Below, in pieces: positions 30,986 to 42,116 of a stretch of 64,000 nucleotides of DNA. Both the position numbers and the translations under genes were made by a program. Source of the DNA: an uncultured bacterium (lineage in GTDB: Bacteria; Fidelibacterota; Marinisomatia; Marinisomatales; UBA1611); contig CBFIBM010000001.1 in the NCBI GenBank assembly GCA_965660855.1, positions 224,001-288,000 of the forward strand, read 5' to 3'. The notes beneath the pieces are model-generated. The model ran no database searches. It had not been told where the DNA came from and was given only the letters and a program-made list of their open reading frames with translations. Position 1 is the stretch's first letter, and each line of letters starts with the position of its first letter.

Positions 30986-32636
30986 AAAAAATCATTTTAT
31001 TCAAAAAATAATTGATAATGATAATATAACCGGTAAATGGAATAAAAGAGTACATACCCGTTTCCCCCCTGAACCAAACGGATATCTTCATATTGGTCAT
31101 GCAAAATCTATTTTTCTTAATTTTGGGCTCGCAGAAGAAAATAATGGTAAATGTAATCTTCGCTTTGATGACACAAATCCAATTAAGGAGAATCTTGAGT
31201 ACGTTGAATCAATCAAAAATGATGTAAAATGGTTAGGCTTTGATTGGGAGGATAGGCTGTTTTATGCATCTGATTATTTTGAAAAAATGTATGATTACGC
31301 TATCCAACTCATTAATGATGGTAAAGCATATGTTTGCGACCTCTCTTTTGAAGAAATACAACATTTTAGAGGGACTTTAAATAAACCTGGAATAAATAGT
31401 CCTAGCAGGACAAGACCTATATCTGAAAATATAGAACTATTTAAAAAGATGCGTAATGGTGTATTTAATGATGGGGAAAAAACACTTAGAGCAAAAATTG
31501 ATATGCAACACTCGAATTTGAATATGCGTGATCCTGTTCTTTATCGTATTCTTCATGCTAAACATCATAGAACGGGGTCTAAGTGGTGCATTTATCCCAT
31601 GTATGATTGGGCTCATGGACTTGAGGATTCTATAGAAAAAATTACTCATTCAATTTGTACACTAGAGTTTGAAGATCACAGACCTTTATATAACTGGTAC
31701 CTCGAATCATTATCCTTGTATCATCCTCAACAAATTGAATTTGCAAGGTTGAATCTAAATTATACTATTATGAGTAAAAGGAAACTTAAAGAATTAGTTG
31801 ATAAAGAATATGTTGATGGTTGGGATGATCCCAGAATGCCGACAATTTCTGGTCTAAGACGTAGAGGTTACACACCGAATTCAATTAAGAATTTTGTAGA
31901 TGATGTCGGAGTAACTAAACGAGACTCTGTAATCGATGTAGTGCGTTTAGAAAATTCCTTAAGGGAAGAGCTAAATAAAACCTCTTCAAGGGTAATGGGT
32001 GTTATAGATCCTATCAAAGTTGAAATAATTAATTATCCTGAAAACCAAAAAGAAACTTTGAAAGCGATAAATAATCCTGAAAATGCAAATGCAGGAAAGA
32101 GAGATATTCCATTTGGGAGAGAAATATTTATTGAGAGAAATGATTTTATTGAAAACCCACCCAAAAAGTTTTTTAGGTTAGGAGTTGGGAGAGAAGTAAG
32201 ATTAAGATATGCATATTTTATTAAATGTGTAGATGTAGTAAAAGATGAAAATGGAAATATCCTCAAAATTAAATGTACATATGATCCTGAGACCTTAGGA
32301 GGAAAAGCTCCTGATGGAAGAAAAGTAAAGGGAACAATTCATTGGGTAGATTGTAATAAATCAGTTGATGCTGAAATAAGATTATACGATCGACTTTTTT
32401 CTATTGAAAATCCTAATAAAAAAGACAATTTTTTAGATGCATTAAATACAGATTCTTGTATAATTAAAGCAAACGCTAAATTAGAAATTTCAATGGAAAA
32501 TCCAGAAGAGAAAACATACCAATTTGAAAGAAACGGTTATTTTAAACTAGATAAAAAATATTCAAATAAAGGGAAAAATGTTTTCATCAGAACAGTCTCG
32601 CTTAGAGATTCATGGGCTAAATTAAAAAATAAATAA
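30978..32636 (+). CDS. glnS: Glutamine--tRNA ligase
   Basis: TRFPPEPNGYLHIGH, THSICTLEF, MSKRKL, QFERNGYF; ATG 30978 preferred over TTG 30963. Confidence 0.95.
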   Translation: MNKKNHFIQKIIDNDNITGKWNKRVHTRFPPEPNGYLHIGHAKSIFLNFGLAEENNGKCNLRFDDTNPIKENLEYVESIKNDVKWLGFDWEDRLFYASDYFEKMYDYAIQLINDGKAYVCDLSFEEIQHFRGTLNKPGINSPSRTRPISENIELFKKMRNGVFNDGEKTLRAKIDMQHSNLNMRDPVLYRILHAKHHRTGSKWCIYPMYDWAHGLEDSIEKITHSICTLEFEDHRPLYNWYLESLSLYHPQQIEFARLNLNYTIMSKRKLKELVDKEYVDGWDDPRMPTISGLRRRGYTPNSIKNFVDDVGVTKRDSVIDVVRLENSLREELNKTSSRVMGVIDPIKVEIINYPENQKETLKAINNPENANAGKRDIPFGREIFIERNDFIENPPKKFFRLGVGREVRLRYAYFIKCVDVVKDENGNILKIKCTYDPETLGGKAPDGRKVKGTIHWVDCNKSVDAEIRLYDRLFSIENPNKKDNFLDALNTDSCIIKANAKLEISMENPEEKTYQFERNGYFKLDKKYSNKGKNVFIRTVSLRDSWAKLKNK

Positions 32637-32701
32637 TGATCGAAAAAATCTTCTCATGATTTTAACTGGATTAAACTGTTTTTTTCCCCTAATTTGAATA
32701 A

Positions 32702-34021
32702 ATGATTGAATTCTTTAGAATATCAAGATTAATAATGTTTTTATTAATAGTGCGGTTTATCTCAGCTGCTGAGCCCTACGTAATCATTTACTTATTACCG
32801 TTTGATAATACTCAAAATGATCCTGCTTTAGAATGGATATCCCCAGGATTATCCGATATGACTAAGGAACAGATTAAAAGTATCTACGGAGTTAAAATAA
32901 AATCAAAAGAAGATTTAGAGATTATAATGAATGACAGATCTTTAATGTTGCAGCAGCCACGAGGATCAAGGAATTTACTTTTGTTGGGGAAATATAACCG
33001 AAAGCTTGATAAAGTTCATGTTACGATTCAACTTGTTGATGTAGCTAATTGGGAAGAGTTAGGAAAAACACACACTACTGAAGTATATACCAGAATACCT
33101 TCATTGAATAAAAGCGTTGGTGCATCAGTTATCCAAATGATAGAACCTTTTTTGCCCAAACCTCCAAAAACAAAAATATCTCCATTCCCAATGTATGCTA
33201 AGCCAGAATTACAAGATCAAAGAAATCCTGTGTCAACCCAAGCAGAAAAACTTGCTTCGGGCCTAGACAAACAGATAGCAGAACTAGAAGCTTCAATGGA
33301 TTATTTATTAGGTGCAAGAGAACGAAGAAAAGAAAAACCAAAAGTAGATGTTCCCAGGTTTAAATCAGGTGAATGGACAATGGATTTTGATGTTGATCGT
33401 AAGCTTAAGGACAATCCTGAAAATAATTCTAATACACAAATGCTAAGCAATGTATTAGATCAGTTGTTGACTAATCCTTATGAAGTTGAATTACAACGTC
33501 CAGAATTTGACTATCAGAAGGATGACGAATTGTACATGACAGTTAGGTTTCCTATAATATACAGGTTAAAGGATAAGATCTTAAAAGATATGTTATCTAG
33601 TCTGCCTTATACTGGGCTGCAACAAGATGGATCACTTACTGTTTTCTATTTTGACAGAACAAAGTTTAATTTTCCACAAAATCATGTGGAGTCAATAGCA
33701 AATGGTGATTTCAGAATTATCCCTGTTCTGAGGATTTTTGATGAAAATAGAAATACTTTAATCTTGGTGGCTGATACTCCAGAAAAATACTGGCATTCTA
33801 GGTCAAGCGATAAGGTTTATTACGTACCCCAACATCAATTTTCACCTCTTATTGATTTTACGGTTGGCGGTTGGTCTATTCAAGTTGCTATGGAGACTGT
33901 AGAAATTCAAGCCGTTTATGAATTTATATTACCTGTAAGTGAAATGGAATCCCTCAGTAATATTAGTTTGAAATTCATAAAAGAGAATGATTTAAGAGCT
34001 TTTCTTGATCCAATCCTTTGA
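32702..34021 (+). CDS. Secreted hypothetical protein (N-terminus resembles TolB_N/FlgO/CsgG-like fold)
   Basis: Signal peptide; LLPFDN...EWISPGLSDM pattern; coiled-coil-like segment. Confidence 0.5.
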   Translation: MIEFFRISRLIMFLLIVRFISAAEPYVIIYLLPFDNTQNDPALEWISPGLSDMTKEQIKSIYGVKIKSKEDLEIIMNDRSLMLQQPRGSRNLLLLGKYNRKLDKVHVTIQLVDVANWEELGKTHTTEVYTRIPSLNKSVGASVIQMIEPFLPKPPKTKISPFPMYAKPELQDQRNPVSTQAEKLASGLDKQIAELEASMDYLLGARERRKEKPKVDVPRFKSGEWTMDFDVDRKLKDNPENNSNTQMLSNVLDQLLTNPYEVELQRPEFDYQKDDELYMTVRFPIIYRLKDKILKDMLSSLPYTGLQQDGSLTVFYFDRTKFNFPQNHVESIANGDFRIIPVLRIFDENRNTLILVADTPEKYWHSRSSDKVYYVPQHQFSPLIDFTVGGWSIQVAMETVEIQAVYEFILPVSEMESLSNISLKFIKENDLRAFLDPIL

Positions 34022-34097
34022 AAATATAGTTGTTAAAATAAGGATTTATTACTATTTTCGGGATATATTTATTTATTCTGTAAGTGTAGGATTTTAG

Positions 34098-35231
34098 ATG
34101 AAAATACTTTTGTTAATTTTATTGTTAATGTCAAAAATTCAAGGACAGAAACTAGATGCAATTGACATTAATTTAAGAAACCTTAATGATGTCTTAGAAA
34201 CTGCACAAAGATCTTCTCAAAAAGTATTTGTTGACGATTTTACAGGCCTTTTGTGACCATACTGTCCCTCTGCGAGTTTCGCAATTTCAGAAATGTTAGA
34301 TTTATATCCAGAAACTTTGATTAGTGTCGAGTGGCACAGCTCAGGTTTTACTCCAGGAAATTCAGATTTTGATATACCAGCATATTCTACCAGGGCAGCG
34401 TTGTACAATGTAGGAGGTATTCCTCATACTCAATGGAATGGCGTTGTTTCAACTGTTGGTGGGTATCCAAATGGTAACTGGCAAGCCTTTATTGGAGAAT
34501 TTACAAATACCTATAATAGTATGGTTGGAGAAGAAACTCCATACAATATTGACATAAACGGTTACGCGGGTAATACTGTGAATTACGATGTTACGATTTC
34601 AATGGATTCTGATATGAGTAGCTCAAACCAGAAAGTTGATGTCTTCCTTGCTGAAGATAATATATGGTCTTATTGGAGCGGCGCAAGTTCATATCATAAT
34701 GCAAGATTTGTAGCAAGGGAATGGCTTTCTTCGGAGTATCTGAGTATCAGCAGTGCCGGCCAGAGTGAAACTTTTTCTGGTTCATTTGAATACAATGGAA
34801 ATTGGAATAGTGATAGCCTTTTTTTAATTGCTATTGTTCAAAACTATTCATCAAAACAAATTTATCAAGCCTCAAAAGTTAATATAAATGATATGGATCC
34901 GGATATTGATGATGATGGTATTTTGAATAATACTGATAATTGTATTGAAGATTACAATCCTCAGCAAGAAGATATTGATAACGATCAAATAGGTGATGCT
35001 TGCGATCCATGTAATAATTTAATTTATACTCTAGGCAACCCAAATGGTGATACAAATATCAATGGAGATCCCCTCATTGACATCATGGATGTCTTAACCC
35101 TTGTAGATTATCTTGCATTTGATCAAAATGAAAATATTTGCCAGGAACCAACTCTAAATATAAATCAAGATAATCATGTTAATATCGTTGATGTAATAAA
35201 TCTTGTTCAACTGATTCTTAATGGTGCATAA
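34098..35231 (+). CDS. Putative selenoprotein: signal peptide + Omp28-like thioredoxin fold (U53-P-Y-C) + TSP3 + dockerin-like domain, 377 aa
   Basis: Open frame from ATG 34098 (AGGA RBS): MKILLLILLLMSKIQGQ...KVFVDDFTGLL-TGA(34254)-PYCP, continuing in frame into track ORF 34293; hairpin 34271-34283. Confidence 0.85.
34271..34283 (+). promoter_or_regulatory. SECIS-like hairpin 1
   Basis: TGCGA-GTT-TCGCA; G-initiated loop 19 nt after TGA. Confidence 0.6.
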
Positions 35232-35733
35232 TTTCTTAATAAAACCACTATTAAAATTTGTTTTTTTTAGTTCAGTTTTCTTTTCTTTTGCTCTTGCAAA
35301 AAAAGTTCCTGATTTAAATATTAAACTTATTGATGGATCAAAGACTACAATTCTAGAGCTTGCAGAAGATGGTCCATTATTAATTGATTTTTGGGCAACT
35401 TGGTGTGTTCCATGCAAAAAAGTGATGAAACATTTAAATCAATTTCATCTAAAATATGATGATCAAAATTTTAAGGTTTTAATGATTAATACAGATAGTC
35501 CTAGGTCTTTTGGAAAAGTAAAATCATTTATAAGATCTCAAGATTATAAATTTTATGTAGGGTTAGATCCTAACCAAATTACAGCCAGAAAACTTGATGG
35601 ATTAGTTATGCCTACTCTTATTTTAGTTGATGCAGGTGGGGAAATAACTTGGAGACATCAAGGTTACTCACCAGGTGATGAAAAAGAAATTGAAAATCAG
35701 ATTGAATTATTACTAAGTAAAAATACTAAATGA
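35221..35733 (+). CDS. TlpA-family thiol:disulfide oxidoreductase
   Basis: Signal peptide, DFWATWCVPC, cis-Pro MPT. Confidence 0.9.
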   Translation: MVHNFLIKPLLKFVFFSSVFFSFALAKKVPDLNIKLIDGSKTTILELAEDGPLLIDFWATWCVPCKKVMKHLNQFHLKYDDQNFKVLMINTDSPRSFGKVKSFIRSQDYKFYVGLDPNQITARKLDGLVMPTLILVDAGGEITWRHQGYSPGDEKEIENQIELLLSKNTK

Positions 35734-37682
35734 TATCAAAATTATTTAGGCTTAGTAAGCTTATTTTTCTTTTATGTTTTTTAACAGCTCAAGACTTTAG
35801 TTATAACGCCTCTATTAATTCAAGTTTTGGAAATAGTTATGATTTTTATTCTTTTTCAGAAAATAGGATAAACATCAACTTATTTTACAATAACTTTCAA
35901 AGTTGGGTTCAATATGAATATTCAAACCCACCCGACGTAGGTTTTCCAATTAATGATATAAGAAAATTTCGATTTGAATATCAAAATAAAGCTTTAAATA
36001 TTAAACTTGGCGACATTTATGAAATTTGGGGTAGGGGTTTAGTTCTTAATCAATTCGATGATCAACTTTTAGATTTTGACAATGGAATAAGAGGACTTTT
36101 TATAAATTATGGTAAAGGTCCGTTTAGTTTAACACACATAAATGGTAATGCAAATTTATGGAGTTACGGTCTTGATTTAAGAAAACCATATTATAATGAT
36201 AAGCATAATGTTATAGCAAACAGACTCCTTTATGAAAAAGGTTCCACAGTATTAGGCTTGACACATTTGATTTCTAGTGAAGAGCATTCCAAGTTAAATT
36301 TAGATGTAGTAGATGTGGGGCATACAATTAAGGGTATTTACGGTGATTATTCTTCTAATAATTTTGATATTTTTTTAGAATATGTAGATAAGGTCTCAAT
36401 CTCTAAAAATATAGTTTCAAATAATTTTCCAAATGATACCCTCAAAACAGGGTATGGTTTATATGGTAATTTGAATTTTTACTTAGGATCTTGGGGTCTA
36501 ACTACCGAGTATAAAAATTATTCTTTTGATTCGTTTATTAGTGATAAAACTCCAGATGATTATGGAAATCAAATTCAATTTCAACAAATGCCAACTTTAG
36601 GTAAGGAGCATAATTCAACGCTACTTGGTAGACTTAGCCATTATTATAATTTTAATGATGAAAGAGGTGTACAGTATGAGTTAAATGGATCATTTATAGG
36701 ACTGTCAATTAACCTTCAATATGCTCATTTAAGTAGGAATGAACAATGGTTTTCACAAAATGGCCCGTTTTCTTGGACAAATAAGATTTTGAGATCAAAA
36801 TTACCTAGTACAAAAATTAATACTAACCCATACTATGAAAACTTCCAAGAATTAAGTGGCTATCTGTTTGAAGATAAACTCTTTTTTAAGATTGGCAGGG
36901 GAGCAAATAAAGAAGTTTTAGGAACAAATTGGTTTTTTAATGGGGTTCAAACAGACACCTCTTATAGTTTGAGTTTTGCTTATGATACAACCTATTCGCC
37001 ATATGCTCCTGATTATCCAATAATTACGGTTGATAGCCTATATGACACATCTTCTGTTAGTTATAATATAAAAGCAGAGAATTGGAGAGAGAGTCAATCT
37101 TTTACGATTCCTGTTGAATTAAATTATACTATGTCAAGTGGATACTCCTTCGGAGTTGGTTTTCAGTACCAGGAGAGAACTTTAAATGAAAAAAGAAAAG
37201 GAAATTCTCATTCATATAATGTTGGAAATTCAAAATGGAATTTAGTTAATCCAGATGATTCAGACTATAAATCTACTTTAATTATATCTCAACTCTCTAT
37301 AAATGGTAAACCTAGGAAAATCCAACATAATCGTCTATTATCATTTACTTTAAGTAAAGCGCAGAAATGGTCAGTTACTATTACACAAGATTGGACTGAT
37401 GCATATGAGGTCCAATCATCTGATCCTTATTATAATCCATTAGAGGCAATAGTATATGGTGATTTAAAATATTTTACTGGGAAAAGAAATAATGTTTCTC
37501 CTCCTTCATTTATTCAAAATAAATGGGTTTCGGCAGAAGTATCATATAACATTAATTCATCTCAAAAAGTTTCAATTTTTTATGGATCTATTCAAGGTGG
37601 CTTATTCTGTAATAATGGAATATGCAGAATTATACCTGCATTCAATGATGGTATAAAAGTTGGCTATTATTTCAGTTTATAA
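35730..37682 (+). CDS. DUF6029-like outer-membrane beta-barrel
   Basis: GDIYEIWGRGLVL, DNGIRG, EYKNY, C-terminal GGLFCNNGICRIIPAF and terminal amphipathic strand. Confidence 0.7.
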   Translation: MISKLFRLSKLIFLLCFLTAQDFSYNASINSSFGNSYDFYSFSENRININLFYNNFQSWVQYEYSNPPDVGFPINDIRKFRFEYQNKALNIKLGDIYEIWGRGLVLNQFDDQLLDFDNGIRGLFINYGKGPFSLTHINGNANLWSYGLDLRKPYYNDKHNVIANRLLYEKGSTVLGLTHLISSEEHSKLNLDVVDVGHTIKGIYGDYSSNNFDIFLEYVDKVSISKNIVSNNFPNDTLKTGYGLYGNLNFYLGSWGLTTEYKNYSFDSFISDKTPDDYGNQIQFQQMPTLGKEHNSTLLGRLSHYYNFNDERGVQYELNGSFIGLSINLQYAHLSRNEQWFSQNGPFSWTNKILRSKLPSTKINTNPYYENFQELSGYLFEDKLFFKIGRGANKEVLGTNWFFNGVQTDTSYSLSFAYDTTYSPYAPDYPIITVDSLYDTSSVSYNIKAENWRESQSFTIPVELNYTMSSGYSFGVGFQYQERTLNEKRKGNSHSYNVGNSKWNLVNPDDSDYKSTLIISQLSINGKPRKIQHNRLLSFTLSKAQKWSVTITQDWTDAYEVQSSDPYYNPLEAIVYGDLKYFTGKRNNVSPPSFIQNKWVSAEVSYNINSSQKVSIFYGSIQGGLFCNNGICRIIPAFNDGIKVGYYFSL

Positions 37683-37760
37683 AACCATTAATTGTTTCTT
37701 TTTATTAATTATCTTTTGAATTTTTCAGTTCCAAAAGTATATCGTGATATTTAAAATTAT

Positions 37761-38645
37761 GTGAAGAATTATATCTTAAGCATTCCTTTAGCAAAATTAA
37801 TTTTTATTCTATCTATTATTTTATCAAATACTATTTATCCTCAAATAGATATAGGTTCAATATCTCCTAATTTCACTGCTCCTGTATGCGCAAACGGTGA
37901 TCTCGAGTTATTCAACTTGTACCAACAAACTAATGGCAGTTTTAATGGTGGTGATTATAAAGTAGTATGGATCAATTTATTTACTTCTTGGTGACCAAGT
38001 TGCCAAGTGGAGGCTCCACTATCAGAAGAAATATGGCAAGAATATTTAAGCGGAGGGGAAGAAAAATTAGTTGTTATGGCAGCTGGGTTTGATTGGCATC
38101 AGCCTTATAGCTGTGAAGAATGGTCAACTGCATTTGGTATAACATACCTAATGGTAGATGATACAAATAATGAAGCATGGAATATTTATGGTGATGGCTA
38201 TATTCCGCATAATGTAGTGTTAGATCATAACATGCAGGTTCTATATACAAGTTCAGGATTTAACTCAAATGAAATAAAAGATGCAATCGATCTCGGCCTA
38301 TCTTATGTTCCAAGAGATTTAGATTTAGATGGAATTAATGATAACATAGATAACTGTGATGATATTTATAATCCTAATCAAGAGGATGTTGATGTAGATG
38401 GCATCGGTGATTTATGTGATAATTGCGATAACTATAATGTATTTATTTCTGGAAATACTGATGGTGGTTTAGTAAATGGAATTCCCATTTTAGATATTTT
38501 TGATGTGTTGAACCTAGTTGATATTGTTTTATTGGATGAATCTGGTACCTGTAGATCTGATATCTCAGATTTGAATTCAGATAATAATATTAATATTATT
38601 GATGTGATATTTCTTGTACAGGGGTTGTTAAATGGTGAATTTTAA
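37761..38645 (+). CDS. Putative selenoprotein: signal peptide + AhpC/TSA-TlpA-like fold (U78-P-S-C) + TSP3 + dockerin-like domain, 294 aa
   Basis: Track ORFs 37761-37994 and 38007-38645 are in frame, joined as LFTSW-TGA(37992)-PSCQVEAP; aligns with Cys paralogue IFTSWCGFCQTEA. Confidence 0.88.
38000..38039 (+). promoter_or_regulatory. SECIS-like hairpin 2
   Basis: AGTGGA-GGC-TCCACT (38006-38020), loop 17 nt after TGA; lower stem TTGCCA/TGGCAA. Confidence 0.7.
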
Positions 38646-38757
38646 ATTCAAAAACTTAGTTAAGATTTAAACAATAAAAAATATTACAATTTAACATTCA
38701 TAAATGTTGATGTTTTTAAAGATTTAGATTAGAATTTATATATATATTTCTACATTC

Positions 38758-41700
38758 ATGAATATTTTTAAAAAAATGACCTTCTTCCTTCTGTTTTTTT
38801 CCTTAATTAAAGGTCAAGGTGATTATTCATTTAAAAATATTTCAGTAGAAGATGGACTTGCTGAAAGTACTGTAAAGATAATCTATGAGTCAAAACAAGG
38901 TTTTTTATTTTTTGGAACTGAAAATGGTCTTGATATTTTTGATGGTTATAAATTTAAAAACTATCATATGGATTCATTCGATAATGAATCAATTCTTGGA
39001 AATAAAGTTTCAGCTATTTACGAATCAAGTAATAATTTGATCTGGGTAGGAAGTGAGCTAGGATTTAGTTCATTTAATCCTTCAACACAAAAATTCAAAA
39101 GACCGTCATTAAGTAATAATAATATTACAAATCCAGAAAAAATTACAGAAGATGAAAGTGGGAAAATCTGGATTAAAGAGGCTCAATCTAGCCGTTTATT
39201 TAAATATGATTTTAATAAAGATATTCTTGAATGTATTTCATGTGATCAAATGAGCATCCTTTTTAATCAAACCATAAATATTCTACACAAATCGAATAAA
39301 GGTGCTTTGTGGATTGGTACTGATAAAGGTCTTTATTTTTATGATATTAATGATAAATCTATCAGGCCGATTGAATCAAAATATTCCTTAAGCATTAATG
39401 AGCCATATTATATTACATCAATTGAAAATGGATCAGATTCCATTTTATGGATAGGAACAAAACAAGGTCTTATCAAAATTGAAGAAAATAATAAGAGTCA
39501 AATTAAGATTTTTAAGAATTCGGAGGTTGAAAATTCTATCGTTTCTAACAAGATAAATGATATTAAATGGGATAATCTTAGGAATGAGTTATGGATTTCT
39601 ACTGTGGATGGAATTTCAAAATATTCACCTGAACTAAATTCTTTTTCTAACATTCAAGTAGGTCCGTTTGCTAATAGCATAATAGAAAATGATGTTACGG
39701 ATATTTTGATTGCTGAAAAGTCTGGAACTTTATGGTTTAAAACCAGAAACCGCTTTGGAATAAATAGTTTTAAAGCAACATTCAATGAATTTGAGGGGCC
39801 GGATACTTCAATTATGCATTTTGAACATGATCCTATTGATCCATTTTCTATTGCTGACAATGATATAACAAATTTTATTGAGGATAGAGCTGGCCACGTC
39901 TGGATAGGAACACGACAAAATGGGATAAGCTTTTATTCATTTTTGAAGCCTAAATTCTCATTGCTTGAATATGATCAAGAAAATGAATGGGGCCTCAAAA
40001 GTAATAAGATTTATTCAATTACAACCGATTCTTATGGTATGATGTGGGTTGCAACAGGGTTTGGATTAGAAAATATTTCTTCGGATGGTATTAGAGATTT
40101 TGAATTTGAAAAATCTTTTATTGAATCCAACCATGTCATGGATTTAGAGTTAGTAAATGATCAATATTTATGGGCGGCAACTGAAAATGGAATTCTTAGA
40201 ATTGATGTATTATCAGAAGAAATTATTCGATTTAACACCTCTCAAAATGTTAATAAAAAAAGATTAATTTCTGATAATTTTATTAGAGACCTGCTTATAA
40301 CAAAAAATGGTTCTATTTGGGCGGGGACAAAATCAGGAATTACAATAATAGATACAGTTGATTTAAGTGCTGTCAGTTTTAGCTCAGATTTTACTGCTAG
40401 GGTATTATACCAAGACGAAAGTGAAAATATATGGATAGGAACAGATTATAATGGATTATATCAAATACCATATGAAATTATTTCTGATCTAAAAAAAGAA
40501 GATATTTTTGAAGTAGAGGGTCATGTTTTTGACTCAGAGTTTTCTGATGGTCTATCATCTTCACAAATAACCTCTATAACTCAAGATACGACTGGTGTTT
40601 TATGGGTTGGTACAGCTAGTGGTTTAAATAAGTATATTGAAAGTGAAGATACCTTCTATCATTATTTCATGAAAGATGGTCTACCTAGTAACTATATTAC
40701 GGGTGTTATTGTAGATCAAAGTAATAACCTGTGGATAAGCTCTAAGAACGGTATTTCTTTCTTTAATCAGAAAGACTCTTCTTTTATAAATTATGGGGTT
40801 TCCGATGGAATAGGGAATATTGATTTTCATCAACATTCTTTTGAAAAAAGTATTGATGGAAACATATATTTTGGTGGGCCAAAAGGAATAACTAAAGTAA
40901 ATCCCTCAAATTTACAATATAATGAATACAAACCTCCTTGTTCAATTCTACGCATTAAAAAAACACTTTATGATGGATCTATTACTGAAGTTTTTCCTCA
41001 AAAAAGTTCGAAACTAGAAATTCAAAAGATTAATATAAATCATAAAGTAAAATCATTCTCAATCGATTTTGTTGCTCTGAATTATCATAAAACTATAAAG
41101 AATGAATATAGATATAAACTTCAACCTTTTGATAGGAATTGGGTAGAATCGGGGAATATTAAATTTGCATCTTACAATAATTTAGGTAGAGGAGAGTATA
41201 CCTTTTTTGTGCAAGGATCTAACGATGATGGATTATGGAGTCAGTCTGCTGTTTTAGATTTTAAATTTATTCCTCATCCTCTTTTAAGTTATGGTGCTTT
41301 TGGAGTCTATCTTGCACTAATTATATTTGGTGTATACTGGCTAGTTAAACAAAGAATATTAAAACAGCAATCTGAGGCTGATGAAAAGAGAAGAGCCGAA
41401 GAATTAGAGCAAGCTCGGGAATTCCAGATGTCACTAATACCTCAAAATCCTCCTTCTATCAGCGGATTTGAATTTGCTTTGCATATGAAAACATCTACGG
41501 AGGTTGGTGGTGATTATTATGATTTTTTTCCTCAAAAAAATAATGTTCTTTATGTAGTTTGTGGTGACGCCACTGGGCACGGTTTAAATGCTGGTATGAT
41601 GGTTTCAATTACAAAAGCAGGATTATTCGGATCAGACTTTAGTAATCCAGGTATTACAACTACTAGGTTAAATCAAACAATAAAAGCTATTGATCTTGGA

Positions 41701-42105
41701 ACAACAAGGATGTCTTTGAATATGGCTAAGTTTGAAAATGAATCCTTTGAGTTTACATCAGCTGGTATGCCTCCTGCATATTTATTTCGTGGTGAAACAA
41801 AGGTTGTAGAGGAAATTTTAATTCCTGGTTTGCCTCTGGGGTCTATGAAAAATGCTACATTTGATTCTGAGATATTTGAATTTAAAATAGATGATGCGTT
41901 AATCTTAATTTCAGATGGACTTCCTGAATGTGTTGACCATAAAGATGAAATGTTAGATTATGATGCAGTAAAGAACTGTATTGAAAAAAATGGGCATAAA
42001 TCAGCAAATGGCATTAAAGATGCCTTGATAAAATTGGGTGATGACTGGATGGACGGTCTAATGAATGATGATGATATAACATTGGTAATTATAAAGAGGA
42101 AATAG
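38758..42105 (+). CDS. Membrane sensor phosphatase: two-component-regulator beta-propellers + Y_Y_Y + TM + SpoIIE/PP2C domain
   Basis: Repeated DxxGxLWIGT, YRYKL...ASYNNL..GEYTF, TM, EVGGDYYDF, GDATGHG, SDGLPE, DDITLV. Confidence 0.88.
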   Translation: MNIFKKMTFFLLFFSLIKGQGDYSFKNISVEDGLAESTVKIIYESKQGFLFFGTENGLDIFDGYKFKNYHMDSFDNESILGNKVSAIYESSNNLIWVGSELGFSSFNPSTQKFKRPSLSNNNITNPEKITEDESGKIWIKEAQSSRLFKYDFNKDILECISCDQMSILFNQTINILHKSNKGALWIGTDKGLYFYDINDKSIRPIESKYSLSINEPYYITSIENGSDSILWIGTKQGLIKIEENNKSQIKIFKNSEVENSIVSNKINDIKWDNLRNELWISTVDGISKYSPELNSFSNIQVGPFANSIIENDVTDILIAEKSGTLWFKTRNRFGINSFKATFNEFEGPDTSIMHFEHDPIDPFSIADNDITNFIEDRAGHVWIGTRQNGISFYSFLKPKFSLLEYDQENEWGLKSNKIYSITTDSYGMMWVATGFGLENISSDGIRDFEFEKSFIESNHVMDLELVNDQYLWAATENGILRIDVLSEEIIRFNTSQNVNKKRLISDNFIRDLLITKNGSIWAGTKSGITIIDTVDLSAVSFSSDFTARVLYQDESENIWIGTDYNGLYQIPYEIISDLKKEDIFEVEGHVFDSEFSDGLSSSQITSITQDTTGVLWVGTASGLNKYIESEDTFYHYFMKDGLPSNYITGVIVDQSNNLWISSKNGISFFNQKDSSFINYGVSDGIGNIDFHQHSFEKSIDGNIYFGGPKGITKVNPSNLQYNEYKPPCSILRIKKTLYDGSITEVFPQKSSKLEIQKININHKVKSFSIDFVALNYHKTIKNEYRYKLQPFDRNWVESGNIKFASYNNLGRGEYTFFVQGSNDDGLWSQSAVLDFKFIPHPLLSYGAFGVYLALIIFGVYWLVKQRILKQQSEADEKRRAEELEQAREFQMSLIPQNPPSISGFEFALHMKTSTEVGGDYYDFFPQKNNVLYVVCGDATGHGLNAGMMVSITKAGLFGSDFSNPGITTTRLNQTIKAIDLGTTRMSLNMAKFENESFEFTSAGMPPAYLFRGETKVVEEILIPGLPLGSMKNATFDSEIFEFKIDDALILISDGLPECVDHKDEMLDYDAVKNCIEKNGHKSANGIKDALIKLGDDWMDGLMNDDDITLVIIKRK

Positions 42106-42116
42106 GTTAAACTCTC

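Noticed and set aside
530..34021. Genome-wide TGA reassignment (code 4 or 25) as the explanation for in-frame TGAs
   Set aside because: Full-length conserved genes such as tyrS and the ABC ATPase end at TGA, and long genes contain no internal TGA; internal TGAs were found only at CxxC positions.
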